Assembly (NCBI GenBank): GCA_910578605.1
Contig: CAJTQG010000007.1
Location: forward strand, 1,577-65,576
DNA length: 64,000 nucleotides
Direction: 5' to 3'
Origin: an uncultured Lachnospiraceae bacterium
Lineage (GTDB): Bacteria > Bacillota > Clostridia > Lachnospirales > Lachnospiraceae
In this document: piece after piece, positions 21,573 to 31,451 of the stretch
How positions within the stretch are numbered: the first letter of the stretch is position 1
Layout of the letters: each line of letters opens with the position of its first letter
Translations under genes and position numbers: made by a program
The notes under the pieces: model-generated
What the model was told of the DNA's origin: nothing
The model's database searches: none
What the model saw: only the letters and a program-made list of their open reading frames with translations

Positions 21573-22118
21573 TCATTCTTCTATATTACTATCACCTTTC
21601 TGCTCCATTGCAGCAAGCTCCTCGTCATTTAACAACTTATCTGGATCTAACAGCAATTTTACAGAATCACCAACCTTGCCAATACCATATACATATTTGT
21701 TCTGCTGCGATTTTTCACCACGTTTCATAGTAGGAGGCGGCAAAATATCTTCTTCCTGAATCTCAATTACCTCTGCAATTTTTTCCACAATCAGTCCTAC
21801 AACTGTAGATTTTACATCAATAACAATAATACAGGTTCTGTCATTATACTCAAATGGCTCCTGTTTAAAACGCAGACACACATCAATTACAGGAATAACC
21901 TTACCTCTCAGATTAATCAAGCCTTTCATGTAGTCTTCAGTATCAGGAATAGCTGTAATTGCTTGATATTGAATAATCTCACTTACATATTCAATTTTTA
22001 ACCCAAAATATTCATCTCCTGATTTGAATGTCATGTACTTCTCTTTTTGCACATCCTGCTCACCTGAAGATTCCATTTCGTCGTCTGTCTGCTGTAATAA
22101 TTCGATTGTTTCCTCCAT
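21573..22118 (-). CDS. cheW: chemotaxis coupling protein CheW
   Basis: 181 aa CheW-like domain (YMTFKSGDEYFGLKIEYVSEII…LINLRGKVIPVIDV). Confidence 0.85.
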   Translation of the reverse strand: MEETIELLQQTDDEMESSGEQDVQKEKYMTFKSGDEYFGLKIEYVSEIIQYQAITAIPDTEDYMKGLINLRGKVIPVIDVCLRFKQEPFEYNDRTCIIVIDVKSTVVGLIVEKIAEVIEIQEEDILPPPTMKRGEKSQQNKYVYGIGKVGDSVKLLLDPDKLLNDEELAAMEQKGDSNIEE

Positions 22119-22144
22119 ACGCTATACCGTTCCTTTCTATCTGT

Positions 22145-24283
22145 TTAATCAATTAATCCAGCGGCATCTAATATTAAGGCAATACTGCCATCCCCAAGCT
22201 GTGTACATCCTGATAAGCCTTTTACCTTCTTCACATAAGAAGGAATCGGTTTTACAACAATCTCCTGCTCTCCAATCAGTCTGTCAACAAAAAGACAAAT
22301 CTTCTTGTCTTCCACTTCCAGAATCAGCATAATACCATCCTCCACTGATTCCTTATAATCATTCAGACCATACCATTGGCCCAATCTAAGTACAGGGAAA
22401 CATTCTCCGCGGATCATAATATATTCATCTCCGTTTGGCTCATGAATCATCATATCTTCCTTCACGCTGATAAAGGACTGAATCACACCTGTTTCCAATA
22501 CAAAGGAGGAATTTCCTGTCTCCATCACAATACCATCAATAATTGCCAGCGTTAAAGGAATCTTTAAGTTCATTATGCTGCCGCAACCCGGGGTACTCTC
22601 AATGTCCAGCATACCGCCGATTGCCTGAATATTCTGGACAACTACGTCCATTCCTACGCCTCTTCCTGAATACTCTGTAATCTGTTCATTCGTAGAAAAT
22701 CCAGGTAAGGTAATAAATTGATATACTTCCTTGTCTGTGTAAGCAGATTCCGGTTTGCTCTCATCCAATATTCCCTGCTTCTTTGCCTTGGCAAGAATCT
22801 TCTCCCTGTCAAGTCCTGTTCCGTTATCCTCCACACTAATCCAAACCTTGCCTGCCTCAGTTCTAGCAGAGAGAACCACCTTACCTTTTTCTCTCTTGCC
22901 GCTAGCAGCACGCTCTTCATTTGTTTCAATACCATGATCAACAGCATTACGAACCAAATGCATAAGCGGATCGGAAATATGTTCAATAATATTCTTATCC
23001 ACCTCTGTCTGTTCCCCAACCATCTCAAATTCAATGTCCTTGCCCAATTTTCTGGACACATCAAAAACAATACGGTTCATTTTCTGGAACGTATTTGTCA
23101 AAGGAACCATTCTCATGGACATAATAACATTTTGTAAGTCAGTGGATATTTTTGATAACTGAGCAGCCGCTTTGTTAAAGCTGTTTAAGTTCAGTCCCGG
23201 AACCTTTAAATCCGGATTCTGCAGAACAACCGACTCAGCGATAACCAATTCTCCAATTAAATCCATTAACTGATCCATTTTTGTGACATTCACGCTGATA
23301 AAGGAAGCTTTTTCTGCCTTTGGCTTATCTCTTGCCAGCTTTTTCTGCTTACCTGGCTCTTTGGATTTAATCACAAAATCACCAGGGGCTATTTTCTTTT
23401 CGCCTGCTTCCTTGTTCTCTTTATTGTCCTGATCAGAGGCCTCACTGGCTTTTTCCTCTGTCTCTACATTACTTGCTGCTGCTGGAGCATCCTCATTTTC
23501 TCCATTGAAATCAAAGCCCTGAAGGAACTCCTCCGCCTTACACTCATAAACATCTACCTTATCAATTACATAGCTTTCTCCAATTATCTTGCGTACCTCT
23601 TCCTCATTGCACTGTGCCTGCAAAAGAATCTTAAAGCCCTCATCCACAATTACCTGTGCATTTGACTCATCCGAAATAATATCCTCGGGATAGTACAATA
23701 AATCCTCCGCAATCTCCTTTAATGCATACACCACTTTATAGGCATGCACGTTAGCCATTTCCGTCTCTGGGAAAAAGCTGATATAAATTTTATAAAAGCG
23801 GCTGGCGCTGGTGGCAACAGGCGCAATATAAAATTGCTTCGGCTCCTCATGCACATTCTCCGGCTGCTCTTCACCACCCTTAATCTTATCTAGAAACTTA
23901 TCCAGACCTTTAATCAATTTTTTCGGGTCACCGTCTACCGGATCGCCGTTGCGAATCTTCTCCATCTCATTTGATATAAAATCCTCTACCTCCAACACAT
24001 GCTCCACCAATTCCATATGCGGCACATTATCAGGTTGGGATTCCCTCAAAAAATAAAAGACATCTTCCAGCTTATGGGATATAGCCGTTATGTTATCGAA
24101 CATCATAATACCTGATGAACCTTTAATTGTGTGCATTGTTCTAAAGATTTCATTGATGCTGTCTTCGTCAAAGCAGTCAGCATCCTTCTGCTCCAAAACC
24201 ATTTCCTGAAGCTGTTCAAGTAATTGCTCGTTCTCAAACAAATATATATCTAGCATGTCTTCTGTATTAAATCCTTCAGCCAT
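22145..24283 (-). CDS. cheA: chemotaxis histidine kinase CheA
   Basis: P1 Hpt (HTIKGSSG), a dimerisation domain, HATPase motifs (DNGTGLD, GRGVGMDVV), and a C-terminal CheW-like P5 domain. Confidence 0.9.
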   Translation of the reverse strand: MAEGFNTEDMLDIYLFENEQLLEQLQEMVLEQKDADCFDEDSINEIFRTMHTIKGSSGIMMFDNITAISHKLEDVFYFLRESQPDNVPHMELVEHVLEVEDFISNEMEKIRNGDPVDGDPKKLIKGLDKFLDKIKGGEEQPENVHEEPKQFYIAPVATSASRFYKIYISFFPETEMANVHAYKVVYALKEIAEDLLYYPEDIISDESNAQVIVDEGFKILLQAQCNEEEVRKIIGESYVIDKVDVYECKAEEFLQGFDFNGENEDAPAAASNVETEEKASEASDQDNKENKEAGEKKIAPGDFVIKSKEPGKQKKLARDKPKAEKASFISVNVTKMDQLMDLIGELVIAESVVLQNPDLKVPGLNLNSFNKAAAQLSKISTDLQNVIMSMRMVPLTNTFQKMNRIVFDVSRKLGKDIEFEMVGEQTEVDKNIIEHISDPLMHLVRNAVDHGIETNEERAASGKREKGKVVLSARTEAGKVWISVEDNGTGLDREKILAKAKKQGILDESKPESAYTDKEVYQFITLPGFSTNEQITEYSGRGVGMDVVVQNIQAIGGMLDIESTPGCGSIMNLKIPLTLAIIDGIVMETGNSSFVLETGVIQSFISVKEDMMIHEPNGDEYIMIRGECFPVLRLGQWYGLNDYKESVEDGIMLILEVEDKKICLFVDRLIGEQEIVVKPIPSYVKKVKGLSGCTQLGDGSIALILDAAGLID

Positions 24284-24319
24284 ATCATTCTCCTTTCCTG
24301 CATATTGTTCAATCTTTTG

Positions 24320-24712
24320 TTATATCAATTGCAGTTTCTTCAATGCTTGCTCAAACTTATCCTGGTCAATCGGTTTGCCGGAATAAATAGTACATCCCAG
24401 CTCAAATGCCATCTTCACATTTTTTTCCTCATTGAGAGCAGTTGTCATAATTACCTTTACTGCCTTATCCTCAGGAATATTTCTATCCTTTTCTAAGTTG
24501 CGGATACCTACCAGTGCCTGATATCCATCCATGACCGGCATCATAATATCAAGACATACCAGGTCGTAAGGTTCTTCATCTTCCAAAGCCATCATAAATG
24601 CGTCCACTGCTTCCATTCCGTCCACAGTAACATCACATTCGCCATACTTTGACAAGAAATTTACCATAAATTTTCTTGTTGCAAAATCATCTTCTGCTAA
24701 TAGAATCTTCAT
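24320..24712 (-). CDS. cheY: CheY-like single-domain response regulator
   Basis: 130 aa receiver domain with the phospho-acceptor context LDIMMPVMDG. Confidence 0.85.
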   Translation of the reverse strand: MKILLAEDDFATRKFMVNFLSKYGECDVTVDGMEAVDAFMMALEDEEPYDLVCLDIMMPVMDGYQALVGIRNLEKDRNIPEDKAVKVIMTTALNEEKNVKMAFELGCTIYSGKPIDQDKFEQALKKLQLI

Positions 24713-24726
24713 ACATTTGATCTCCT

Positions 24727-25755
24727 TTACATTTTATTTAATAATGCGTATGTTCTCTTTGCAATATCGGACAATTTCTCCTGATATTCCACCGCACCAA
24801 GGTCATAAGCCACCTTCGGCATACCATACACGACACAGGTAGATTCATCCTGTCCTATGGTTCTGGCCCCTGCCTTTCTCATTGCCAGAAGCCCCTTTCC
24901 TCCATCTCCTCCCATTCCCGTAAGAATAATTCCTACTGCATCTGAACCTGCCGCCTTGGCAACAGAGTGAAATAATACATCCACCGAAGGACAATGTCCA
25001 TTTACCTTGCCCTCCTTCCTGCATTCCACCTGATACCCTCCATTCACCTTTACAAGATGCATTTGAGTATCTCCTCCTGGTGCTAAAAGCAGTTCTCCTG
25101 GCATCACTCTATCTCCGGTTTTTGCCTCCTTTGCCTTAATTCGGCATTGGTCATTGAGCCTCTTGGCATACATGGCTGTAAAGCCTGCCGGCATATGCTG
25201 CACCACAACAATCCCTGGTACATCCGGCCCAAATCGCTTAACCACATCAAAGATTGCCTCTGTTCCTCCTGTTGATGCGCCAATGGCAATCAGCAAATTC
25301 TTTTTGTTTTCCAGCACATGCTGATTTTCCTGCAGCATAGTAGAATTTTTAATGTTGCCGACTTTTGCAGCAGAGGCAATTTTAATCTTTACCAGCAGTT
25401 CATTTTTTATGAAATCCTCCAACTGCCCCCTGCTTGATATAGCAGGCTTTGCCACAAAATCAACCGCCCCTGCATTTAAGGCGTCAAACACCTTGTCGCT
25501 GAGAGCGCTGATGACCACTACAGGAAGTGGATATTGAGGCATCAGCTTACGCAGAAATTCAATTCCATTCATTCTTGGAAGCTCCACATCCAATGTCATT
25601 ACATCCGGCTTATATTGTACAATGGCATCTCTTGCCTCAAAAGGATCTTTGGCTGTGGCTACAACCTGTATCGAAGGATCTTTATTAAGATTTTGAACCA
25701 ACAATTCCCGAAACACAATGGAATCTTCCACAACCAGCACCCTGATTGTCTTCAT
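24727..25755 (-). CDS. cheB: protein-glutamate methylesterase CheB (REC plus methylesterase)
   Basis: N-terminal receiver domain and a C-terminal CheB methylesterase domain (GASTGGTEA…, HMPAGFT). Confidence 0.9.
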   Translation of the reverse strand: MKTIRVLVVEDSIVFRELLVQNLNKDPSIQVVATAKDPFEARDAIVQYKPDVMTLDVELPRMNGIEFLRKLMPQYPLPVVVISALSDKVFDALNAGAVDFVAKPAISSRGQLEDFIKNELLVKIKIASAAKVGNIKNSTMLQENQHVLENKKNLLIAIGASTGGTEAIFDVVKRFGPDVPGIVVVQHMPAGFTAMYAKRLNDQCRIKAKEAKTGDRVMPGELLLAPGGDTQMHLVKVNGGYQVECRKEGKVNGHCPSVDVLFHSVAKAAGSDAVGIILTGMGGDGGKGLLAMRKAGARTIGQDESTCVVYGMPKVAYDLGAVEYQEKLSDIAKRTYALLNKM

Positions 25756-25774
25756 ATTTTATCATTCCCTTCCT

Positions 25775-26581
25775 TTATTTCCTGAATATTGACGGTTGAA
25801 TAATCTGAAACGGGGTACTGCCTCTGTCAAGTGTCTCGGTTGTTCCTATAAACAGATAACCACCAGGCTCTAAGTAATCATACACCTTTTGAACCAGCTC
25901 TCGTTTTGTCTTATCATCAAAGTATATCATAACATTTCTCAAAAATATTGTATGCATTTTTCTCCTAAACGGAAAATCATCCATCAAGTTAAACTGGCGA
26001 AAAAGAACTTCTTTTTTTAATTTTTCTTTCACTCTATACTGTTTTCCCCCAGCCATTTTATCAAAAAACCGCTTTAACCATTGCTCCGGAACACTTTTAA
26101 GCTGGTCTGCATTGTAAATGCCTAAGGTTGCCTTCTGAAGCACCTGAGTAGATATATCGGTTGCCAGAACCTTTGTATCCCACTGGTCATGCTCCATGCC
26201 AAAGAAATCCATTAAAACCATAGCAATCATATATGGCTCTTCCCCCGAAGAGGCAGCGCCACACCAGATTCTCAAGTCCTTTTTTGCGCTTTCCCTTTTC
26301 TTCAACTCCGGCAGCACCACTTTCTTAAAATATTCCAAATGTTCAAATTCTCTCATAAAAAAAGTATGATTTGTCGTTAGCTGATTCACCAGCATTCTCT
26401 CCAACTCACCGGTGGTATCCTGCTCCATCGCATCCATGTAGGCATTGAAGTCCTTCCAGTGTCCTGCCTTAATGCGATTTTCCAATCGGCCGTTTACAAT
26501 TACTTTCTTTTCACTTAAGTCAATACCATATTTTCTTTTCATATAAACTGATATTCTCAAAAATTCTTCATCGGTTATCAC
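25775..26581 (-). CDS. cheR: chemotaxis protein methyltransferase CheR
   Basis: CheR N-terminal domain plus a SAM-dependent methyltransferase domain (TTNHTFFMRE…RIWCGAASSGEEPY). Confidence 0.85.
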   Translation of the reverse strand: MITDEEFLRISVYMKRKYGIDLSEKKVIVNGRLENRIKAGHWKDFNAYMDAMEQDTTGELERMLVNQLTTNHTFFMREFEHLEYFKKVVLPELKKRESAKKDLRIWCGAASSGEEPYMIAMVLMDFFGMEHDQWDTKVLATDISTQVLQKATLGIYNADQLKSVPEQWLKRFFDKMAGGKQYRVKEKLKKEVLFRQFNLMDDFPFRRKMHTIFLRNVMIYFDDKTKRELVQKVYDYLEPGGYLFIGTTETLDRGSTPFQIIQPSIFRK

Positions 26582-26622
26582 AGCTTTTTCCTCCTGAAAA
26601 AAATATACCTTTTCGTGTCTAA

Positions 26623-27684
26623 TCAGCTTAATTGACGTGATATTTTACAGCAAATTTCAAAAATATCGGGATTTAACATGACACCTGCATACTCTCTCAT
26701 ACTCTCAAGTGTCTGTTCCCTATCCCTTCCACTCTCCTCTCTCATGCTGCCATACAGCTCCGCAACAGAGACAATCTGTGCTGCAAGAGGAATCTCCTCT
26801 CCCTTTAGACCAGACGGATAGCCGCTTCCGTCCCATTTTTCATGATGATGCTGCACAATATCAATAGAGGTACTTATAAAATCATTATAATCATTGCTGG
26901 CATTCAAGTCCTTTAATATTTTTGCACCAATACTAGTATGACCTTGAACGATTTCCAATTCCTTGTCACTTAGAACCTTACCTTCCTGGAGAAGCTCTTT
27001 GGGTACCCCTATATTTCCAATATCACACAGGGGGGCCGCCAACTCTATTGTATCCACAAAAGTATCGGAAACCTTACCCTCAAACAGAGGTGACAGCTGC
27101 ATTCCTTGCGCTAATATTTTGCAATTGTGTCCTAGCCGCCTCAAATGTTCTTTTTTATTATCCGAATCCTGCACTGCTATATTCGCCAAAGCATACAATA
27201 TATTCTTTTTTTCCTGTTCCATCTGTTTAAGCTGTTCCGTGACGGAAATCTGAAGACGCCGGTTCGTTTGCATCAAATCCCTCTTCGCTTCATGAAGGCG
27301 AAGGTGAACACCAACACGAGCCTTTACCACCTCAGAAATAAAGGGCTTCGTAATATAATCCTCGCCTCCGATAAAAAAACCTTCCACTATATCTTCCGGA
27401 TTATCATATGCGGAAATAAAGACTACAGGAATATTTTTTGTTTCTTCCTTGCCCTTAAGAATTTTGCAAAGCTCATATCCATCCATTCCCGGCATAGATA
27501 TGTCCGTCAAAATCAACTGGGGGCAACAGTCCTTCAACATCTCTAGCGCTTGTTCCCCGCTCTCTGCCAAAATAGGACAATAACCCATATTTTTTATGAT
27601 TTCCTCCAAAACCAGACGGTTGGTTTCCACATCGTCTATAATCAAAATATTTTCATTATGGTTCATCTGCTCCTCATAAAGCAT
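26623..27684 (-). CDS. response regulator with HD-GYP c-di-GMP phosphodiesterase domain
   Basis: Receiver domain (LTDISMPGMDG) plus HD-GYP (HHEKWDGSGYP). Confidence 0.85.
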   Translation of the reverse strand: MLYEEQMNHNENILIIDDVETNRLVLEEIIKNMGYCPILAESGEQALEMLKDCCPQLILTDISMPGMDGYELCKILKGKEETKNIPVVFISAYDNPEDIVEGFFIGGEDYITKPFISEVVKARVGVHLRLHEAKRDLMQTNRRLQISVTEQLKQMEQEKKNILYALANIAVQDSDNKKEHLRRLGHNCKILAQGMQLSPLFEGKVSDTFVDTIELAAPLCDIGNIGVPKELLQEGKVLSDKELEIVQGHTSIGAKILKDLNASNDYNDFISTSIDIVQHHHEKWDGSGYPSGLKGEEIPLAAQIVSVAELYGSMREESGRDREQTLESMREYAGVMLNPDIFEICCKISRQLS

Positions 27685-27703
27685 CCCTGCACCTCCTTCC
27701 CAA

Positions 27704-29125
27704 CTACAGCAAATCGTTCAAGCCGTTATATTCTGCAATAACCTTGTCATAATTTGCCTTCTGAATTGCCATTTTCAAACGTAAAACCTTTCGTCCCACA
27801 TCCTGGGGTGCTCCCTGGGTTAACTGTTTTACAATTTCCATAAACATCTCCGCTTTTTCCCAATTATCCATCTCCACGCAGAGAATGAGTTTTGACAAAT
27901 TCCTTTTAAGATTTTCCATATTTTTAGGTGAGCCGTAGGTCTTTACATCCCCCGACTCGCCGCCATCTAAATCAGCAGATGCGAATAAATAGGAGGGGGC
28001 TTTCACATCATTGTCCTGAGAAGAGGAATTTTCCTCCTCCTCACATTGACCAACCCATATAGAGAAGGAGAAGGAGCTTCCTCTATTCTTCTCGCTCTCC
28101 ACTTCAATATTGCCGCCCATCAATTCCACCAACTGCTTGCATATATTTAAGCCAAGGCCGGTTCCTCCATATTTTCTGGAGATGGAGGCATCCACCTGGG
28201 AAAAGCTTTGAAACAGCTTATCTTTATCCGCCTTGTCAATTCCTATTCCTGTATCTGTAACTATAAAAAACAATTCCACTTTATCATTCACCCTGGCTGT
28301 CTTCACAACTTCAAGGGTGATTTTGCCCAAAGATGTAAATTTTTGTGCATTTGAGAGCAGATTGTTAAGAATCTGTACAATCCGCAGTTCATCTCCAATG
28401 ATATGCTCTGGCACTTGGGGGGATACTGTCATAAAAAAATCCAAGCCTTTTTCTGTCATTCTGTTAATATGTTGAGACTTTACATAGTCAAGCATATTTC
28501 TAAAATGAAACTTCCGAGGCTCCAAAGTGAATTTGCCGGCTTCCAGCTTGGAAAAATCCAGAATATTATTGATGATTTTGTTCATATCACCGCAGCAGCG
28601 CTCTATAATCTGCAGCACTTTTACTGCCTGCTCCTGCAAATCCGCATCCTGCAATTCCCTCACATGTCCAAGTATACCGTTGACCGGTGTACGCAGCTCA
28701 TGTGTCACATTGGCAACAAACTCAGACTTAACCTTCAATGCCTGCTGCGCCTCCTGCCTTACCTGCTCCACTTCCCTGCTCAAATACTCTTTTTCTAATA
28801 TATCATTTGCCATGCATATATAAATCTGTGAGTCTGGGTTTTCAACAATCCTTGCCTCCACCGGAAAACAAGTCATATTTTTGCGATAAGCCGAAAGGCT
28901 GTGCACTTCACTTCCAAAGGGATAATCTGTCTGAAGACCCTCATGTGAGACCTTAAACATATTAGGAAAAACCTCACTGATATTTCTGCCCTGCAGATTA
29001 TTTTCATATTCTAATTTTTTTAATGCCGCCCCATTGGCATAGGTTATTTCTCCGGTATGATCAAATACCAGAATCATCTCCAATGCATCCTCAATAGGAA
29101 ACACAAAATTTTCCATATGTTCCAT
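27704..29125 (-). CDS. PAS-domain sensor histidine kinase (no receiver)
   Basis: PAS domain, HisKA H-box (THELRTPVNGILG), HATPase domain (GTGLGL), and a ~100 aa C-terminal extension. An RBS (GGAGG) favours the start at MEHMENF. Confidence 0.8.
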   Translation of the reverse strand: MEHMENFVFPIEDALEMILVFDHTGEITYANGAALKKLEYENNLQGRNISEVFPNMFKVSHEGLQTDYPFGSEVHSLSAYRKNMTCFPVEARIVENPDSQIYICMANDILEKEYLSREVEQVRQEAQQALKVKSEFVANVTHELRTPVNGILGHVRELQDADLQEQAVKVLQIIERCCGDMNKIINNILDFSKLEAGKFTLEPRKFHFRNMLDYVKSQHINRMTEKGLDFFMTVSPQVPEHIIGDELRIVQILNNLLSNAQKFTSLGKITLEVVKTARVNDKVELFFIVTDTGIGIDKADKDKLFQSFSQVDASISRKYGGTGLGLNICKQLVELMGGNIEVESEKNRGSSFSFSIWVGQCEEEENSSSQDNDVKAPSYLFASADLDGGESGDVKTYGSPKNMENLKRNLSKLILCVEMDNWEKAEMFMEIVKQLTQGAPQDVGRKVLRLKMAIQKANYDKVIAEYNGLNDLL

Positions 29126-29305
29126 ATTATTCCTCCAAAACAAAAGCAGGCAATGCCAAAGTGCCATAAAAGTTTTTCTTATACAAGAAAGAATCCTGCT
29201 TTGCAGGATTCTCCGCCTGCGGCGGGTCCAAACTTTCCTATACAGTGAAAAAAGGCAGCAAAAGCATATTTGGTTCTTTGCTGCCCTATTGCCTATTTTA
29301 AAACA

Positions 29306-30397
29306 TTACGAAAAACTAAACATCTTAATCACTTCAACAATGTTAAAGAAATCTTCCTTTGCCAATGCGAAGCACTCAAGCACATCCGGTGAAAATTGTC
29401 CACACTCGCCTTTCATAATCATATCATATGCTATATCGTTAGCATATGCACTTTTGTATACTCTTGGACTAACCAATGCATCATAAACATCTGCAATAGC
29501 AACAATCTGAGCGCTGATTGGGATTTCATCTCCCACCAGATGATCTGGATAACCGTTTCCATCCCATCTCTCATGATGGTGCCGGCATATATCATAACAA
29601 TAACGATAAAATTCATCATCCTGATGCTCTTGGAACTTTTCTAATATTTCACATCCAAGTGTTGTATGAGTCTTCATCGTCTCAAACTCTTCCTCTGTCA
29701 GGCGTCCCGGCTTCAACAAAATGGCATCCGGTATTCCAATTTTACCCACATCATGAAGAGCTGCCGCTCTGGCTATCTCATCTACCTGAACATCTGTCAA
29801 ACCATACTTAGGGAAATACTTCACAAGATACTTTAACATAATTCTTGTAAAATATTTAATCCTCTTAATGTGATCTCCAGTTTCTAGATTTCTAAATTCT
29901 ACTACAGAGCTGAGAGCGTCAATCATAAATTCATTATTCTCACGAATCTTCTTCTCCTGCTCTCTGATTTCCTGTTCCTGCTCTTTTAATCGAATCTCCA
30001 TATTGCGCTTATTTTGATAAAGCTCCATAATATTTCTGCTTCTCTTGCGCACAATATGCGGATAGAAAGGCTTATGTATTACATCCGCCACCCCATACTT
30101 ATATGCCTTTTCCTCACTGTCTAAAACTGTCTCTCCAGTGACAATGATTACTGGAATCTTCTCCAGCAAATCGTGTTCTTTCATATACTCCAACACTTGA
30201 AAGCCATCAACAATAGGCATTACAATATCCAACAATATCAGTGCAATATCAGGATTATTCTCAATGCAAGAAATTGCTTCCTGACCATCTGCTGCCTCCA
30301 GCGTTTCAAACTTATCCTGAAATGCCACGTTGAGCACTGCACGATTGATGTCTTCATCATCCACAATTAATATGTACTGCTTATCCATTGCCATCAC
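29306..30397 (-). CDS. response regulator with HD-GYP c-di-GMP phosphodiesterase domain
   Basis: Receiver domain (LLDIVMPIVDG) plus HD-GYP (HHERWDGNGYP). It is the first gene of the operon. Confidence 0.85.
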   Translation of the reverse strand: MMAMDKQYILIVDDEDINRAVLNVAFQDKFETLEAADGQEAISCIENNPDIALILLDIVMPIVDGFQVLEYMKEHDLLEKIPVIIVTGETVLDSEEKAYKYGVADVIHKPFYPHIVRKRSRNIMELYQNKRNMEIRLKEQEQEIREQEKKIRENNEFMIDALSSVVEFRNLETGDHIKRIKYFTRIMLKYLVKYFPKYGLTDVQVDEIARAAALHDVGKIGIPDAILLKPGRLTEEEFETMKTHTTLGCEILEKFQEHQDDEFYRYCYDICRHHHERWDGNGYPDHLVGDEIPISAQIVAIADVYDALVSPRVYKSAYANDIAYDMIMKGECGQFSPDVLECFALAKEDFFNIVEVIKMFSFS

Positions 30398-30837
30398 CTA
30401 AATTATCCTTTTTGCAATTAAAATTTAACGATACAAATATACCACCTTTCCAATTCAATGTCAATACACAAACTTTTGAAAACACAAGCGAATATCCCCC
30501 TTTTGTCCCTTCCATTTTGTGGAATCCCAAACAAATGACATCTCATTTTCAAGGATGGCTTTTAGAATTATTTTAAAGCAAAATATATCCTGTTTTTGTA
30601 TAGATTTTACAACAGCAACTGACATTTTCCTAAACATATGCTAAAATACATATGCTCACATAATGAAGTCCATCAGAATTTATATGAAGCTGTTTTAAAT
30701 TCTATTTTATATTTATCCATTTATTACAATTTATAAATAAATATATTCAGTATCACTTATTAAGAATTGACATGCCCTTATAGCTGCACATCTTTTAGTC
30801 AAGCATAACAGATACAGGAACGAAAGGAAAATTCTAT

Positions 30838-31392
30838 ATGTTAAAACAAAATAACCCCCTAAGTATTGAATATAGGCAATTACGTGAAACAGAAATCAAT
30901 CGGGAATTATTTTCAAACTTTATCCGACATCAAAACGTCACCAAATGTTGGAGAAAGAATAATGGAACTTGGACAATTCAAGATGCTCCTTTTATTGATG
31001 ACTGGTCCGAATCAGATTACCAAACACTGATTACATGCCTAAAAAACACGTTATCCTCCCACGGCTTTGTATATGCTGCATTTTTTTATGACAGCTTAAA
31101 AGGGTTTACCTCCGTTGAGCCTGCTATATTTGGAGGCAGCCACAGGTATATGGACTTGTCATGTATTCATGTATCCGAAGATATGCGGGGGCAGGGAATA
31201 GGAAAGGCCCTTTTTCTCGCCGCTAAAGAATGGGCAAGAAAAAAGGGCGCTAAAAAGCTGTATATATCAGCTCACTCTTCTGTTGAAAGCCAAGCATTCT
31301 ACAAGGCAATGGGCTGCTCAGAAGCACAGGAATACAATCAGCAGCATGTGGAAGCCGAGCCCTTTGATTGTCAGTTGGAATGTGAGCTATAA
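30838..31392 (+). CDS. GNAT family N-acetyltransferase
   Basis: Acetyl-CoA binding motif RGQGIGKALF. Confidence 0.6.
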   Translation: MLKQNNPLSIEYRQLRETEINRELFSNFIRHQNVTKCWRKNNGTWTIQDAPFIDDWSESDYQTLITCLKNTLSSHGFVYAAFFYDSLKGFTSVEPAIFGGSHRYMDLSCIHVSEDMRGQGIGKALFLAAKEWARKKGAKKLYISAHSSVESQAFYKAMGCSEAQEYNQQHVEAEPFDCQLECEL

Positions 31393-31451
31393 AAATATGA
31401 TAAACAAAAACAGGAAGGGCTGCTATTTTTCACTGCAGCCCAGCCAGGTCT

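Noticed and set aside
22654-23137. ORFs of 138-139 aa on both strands inside cheA
   Set aside because: Embedded in a strongly supported CheA reading frame with no independent signals; spurious.
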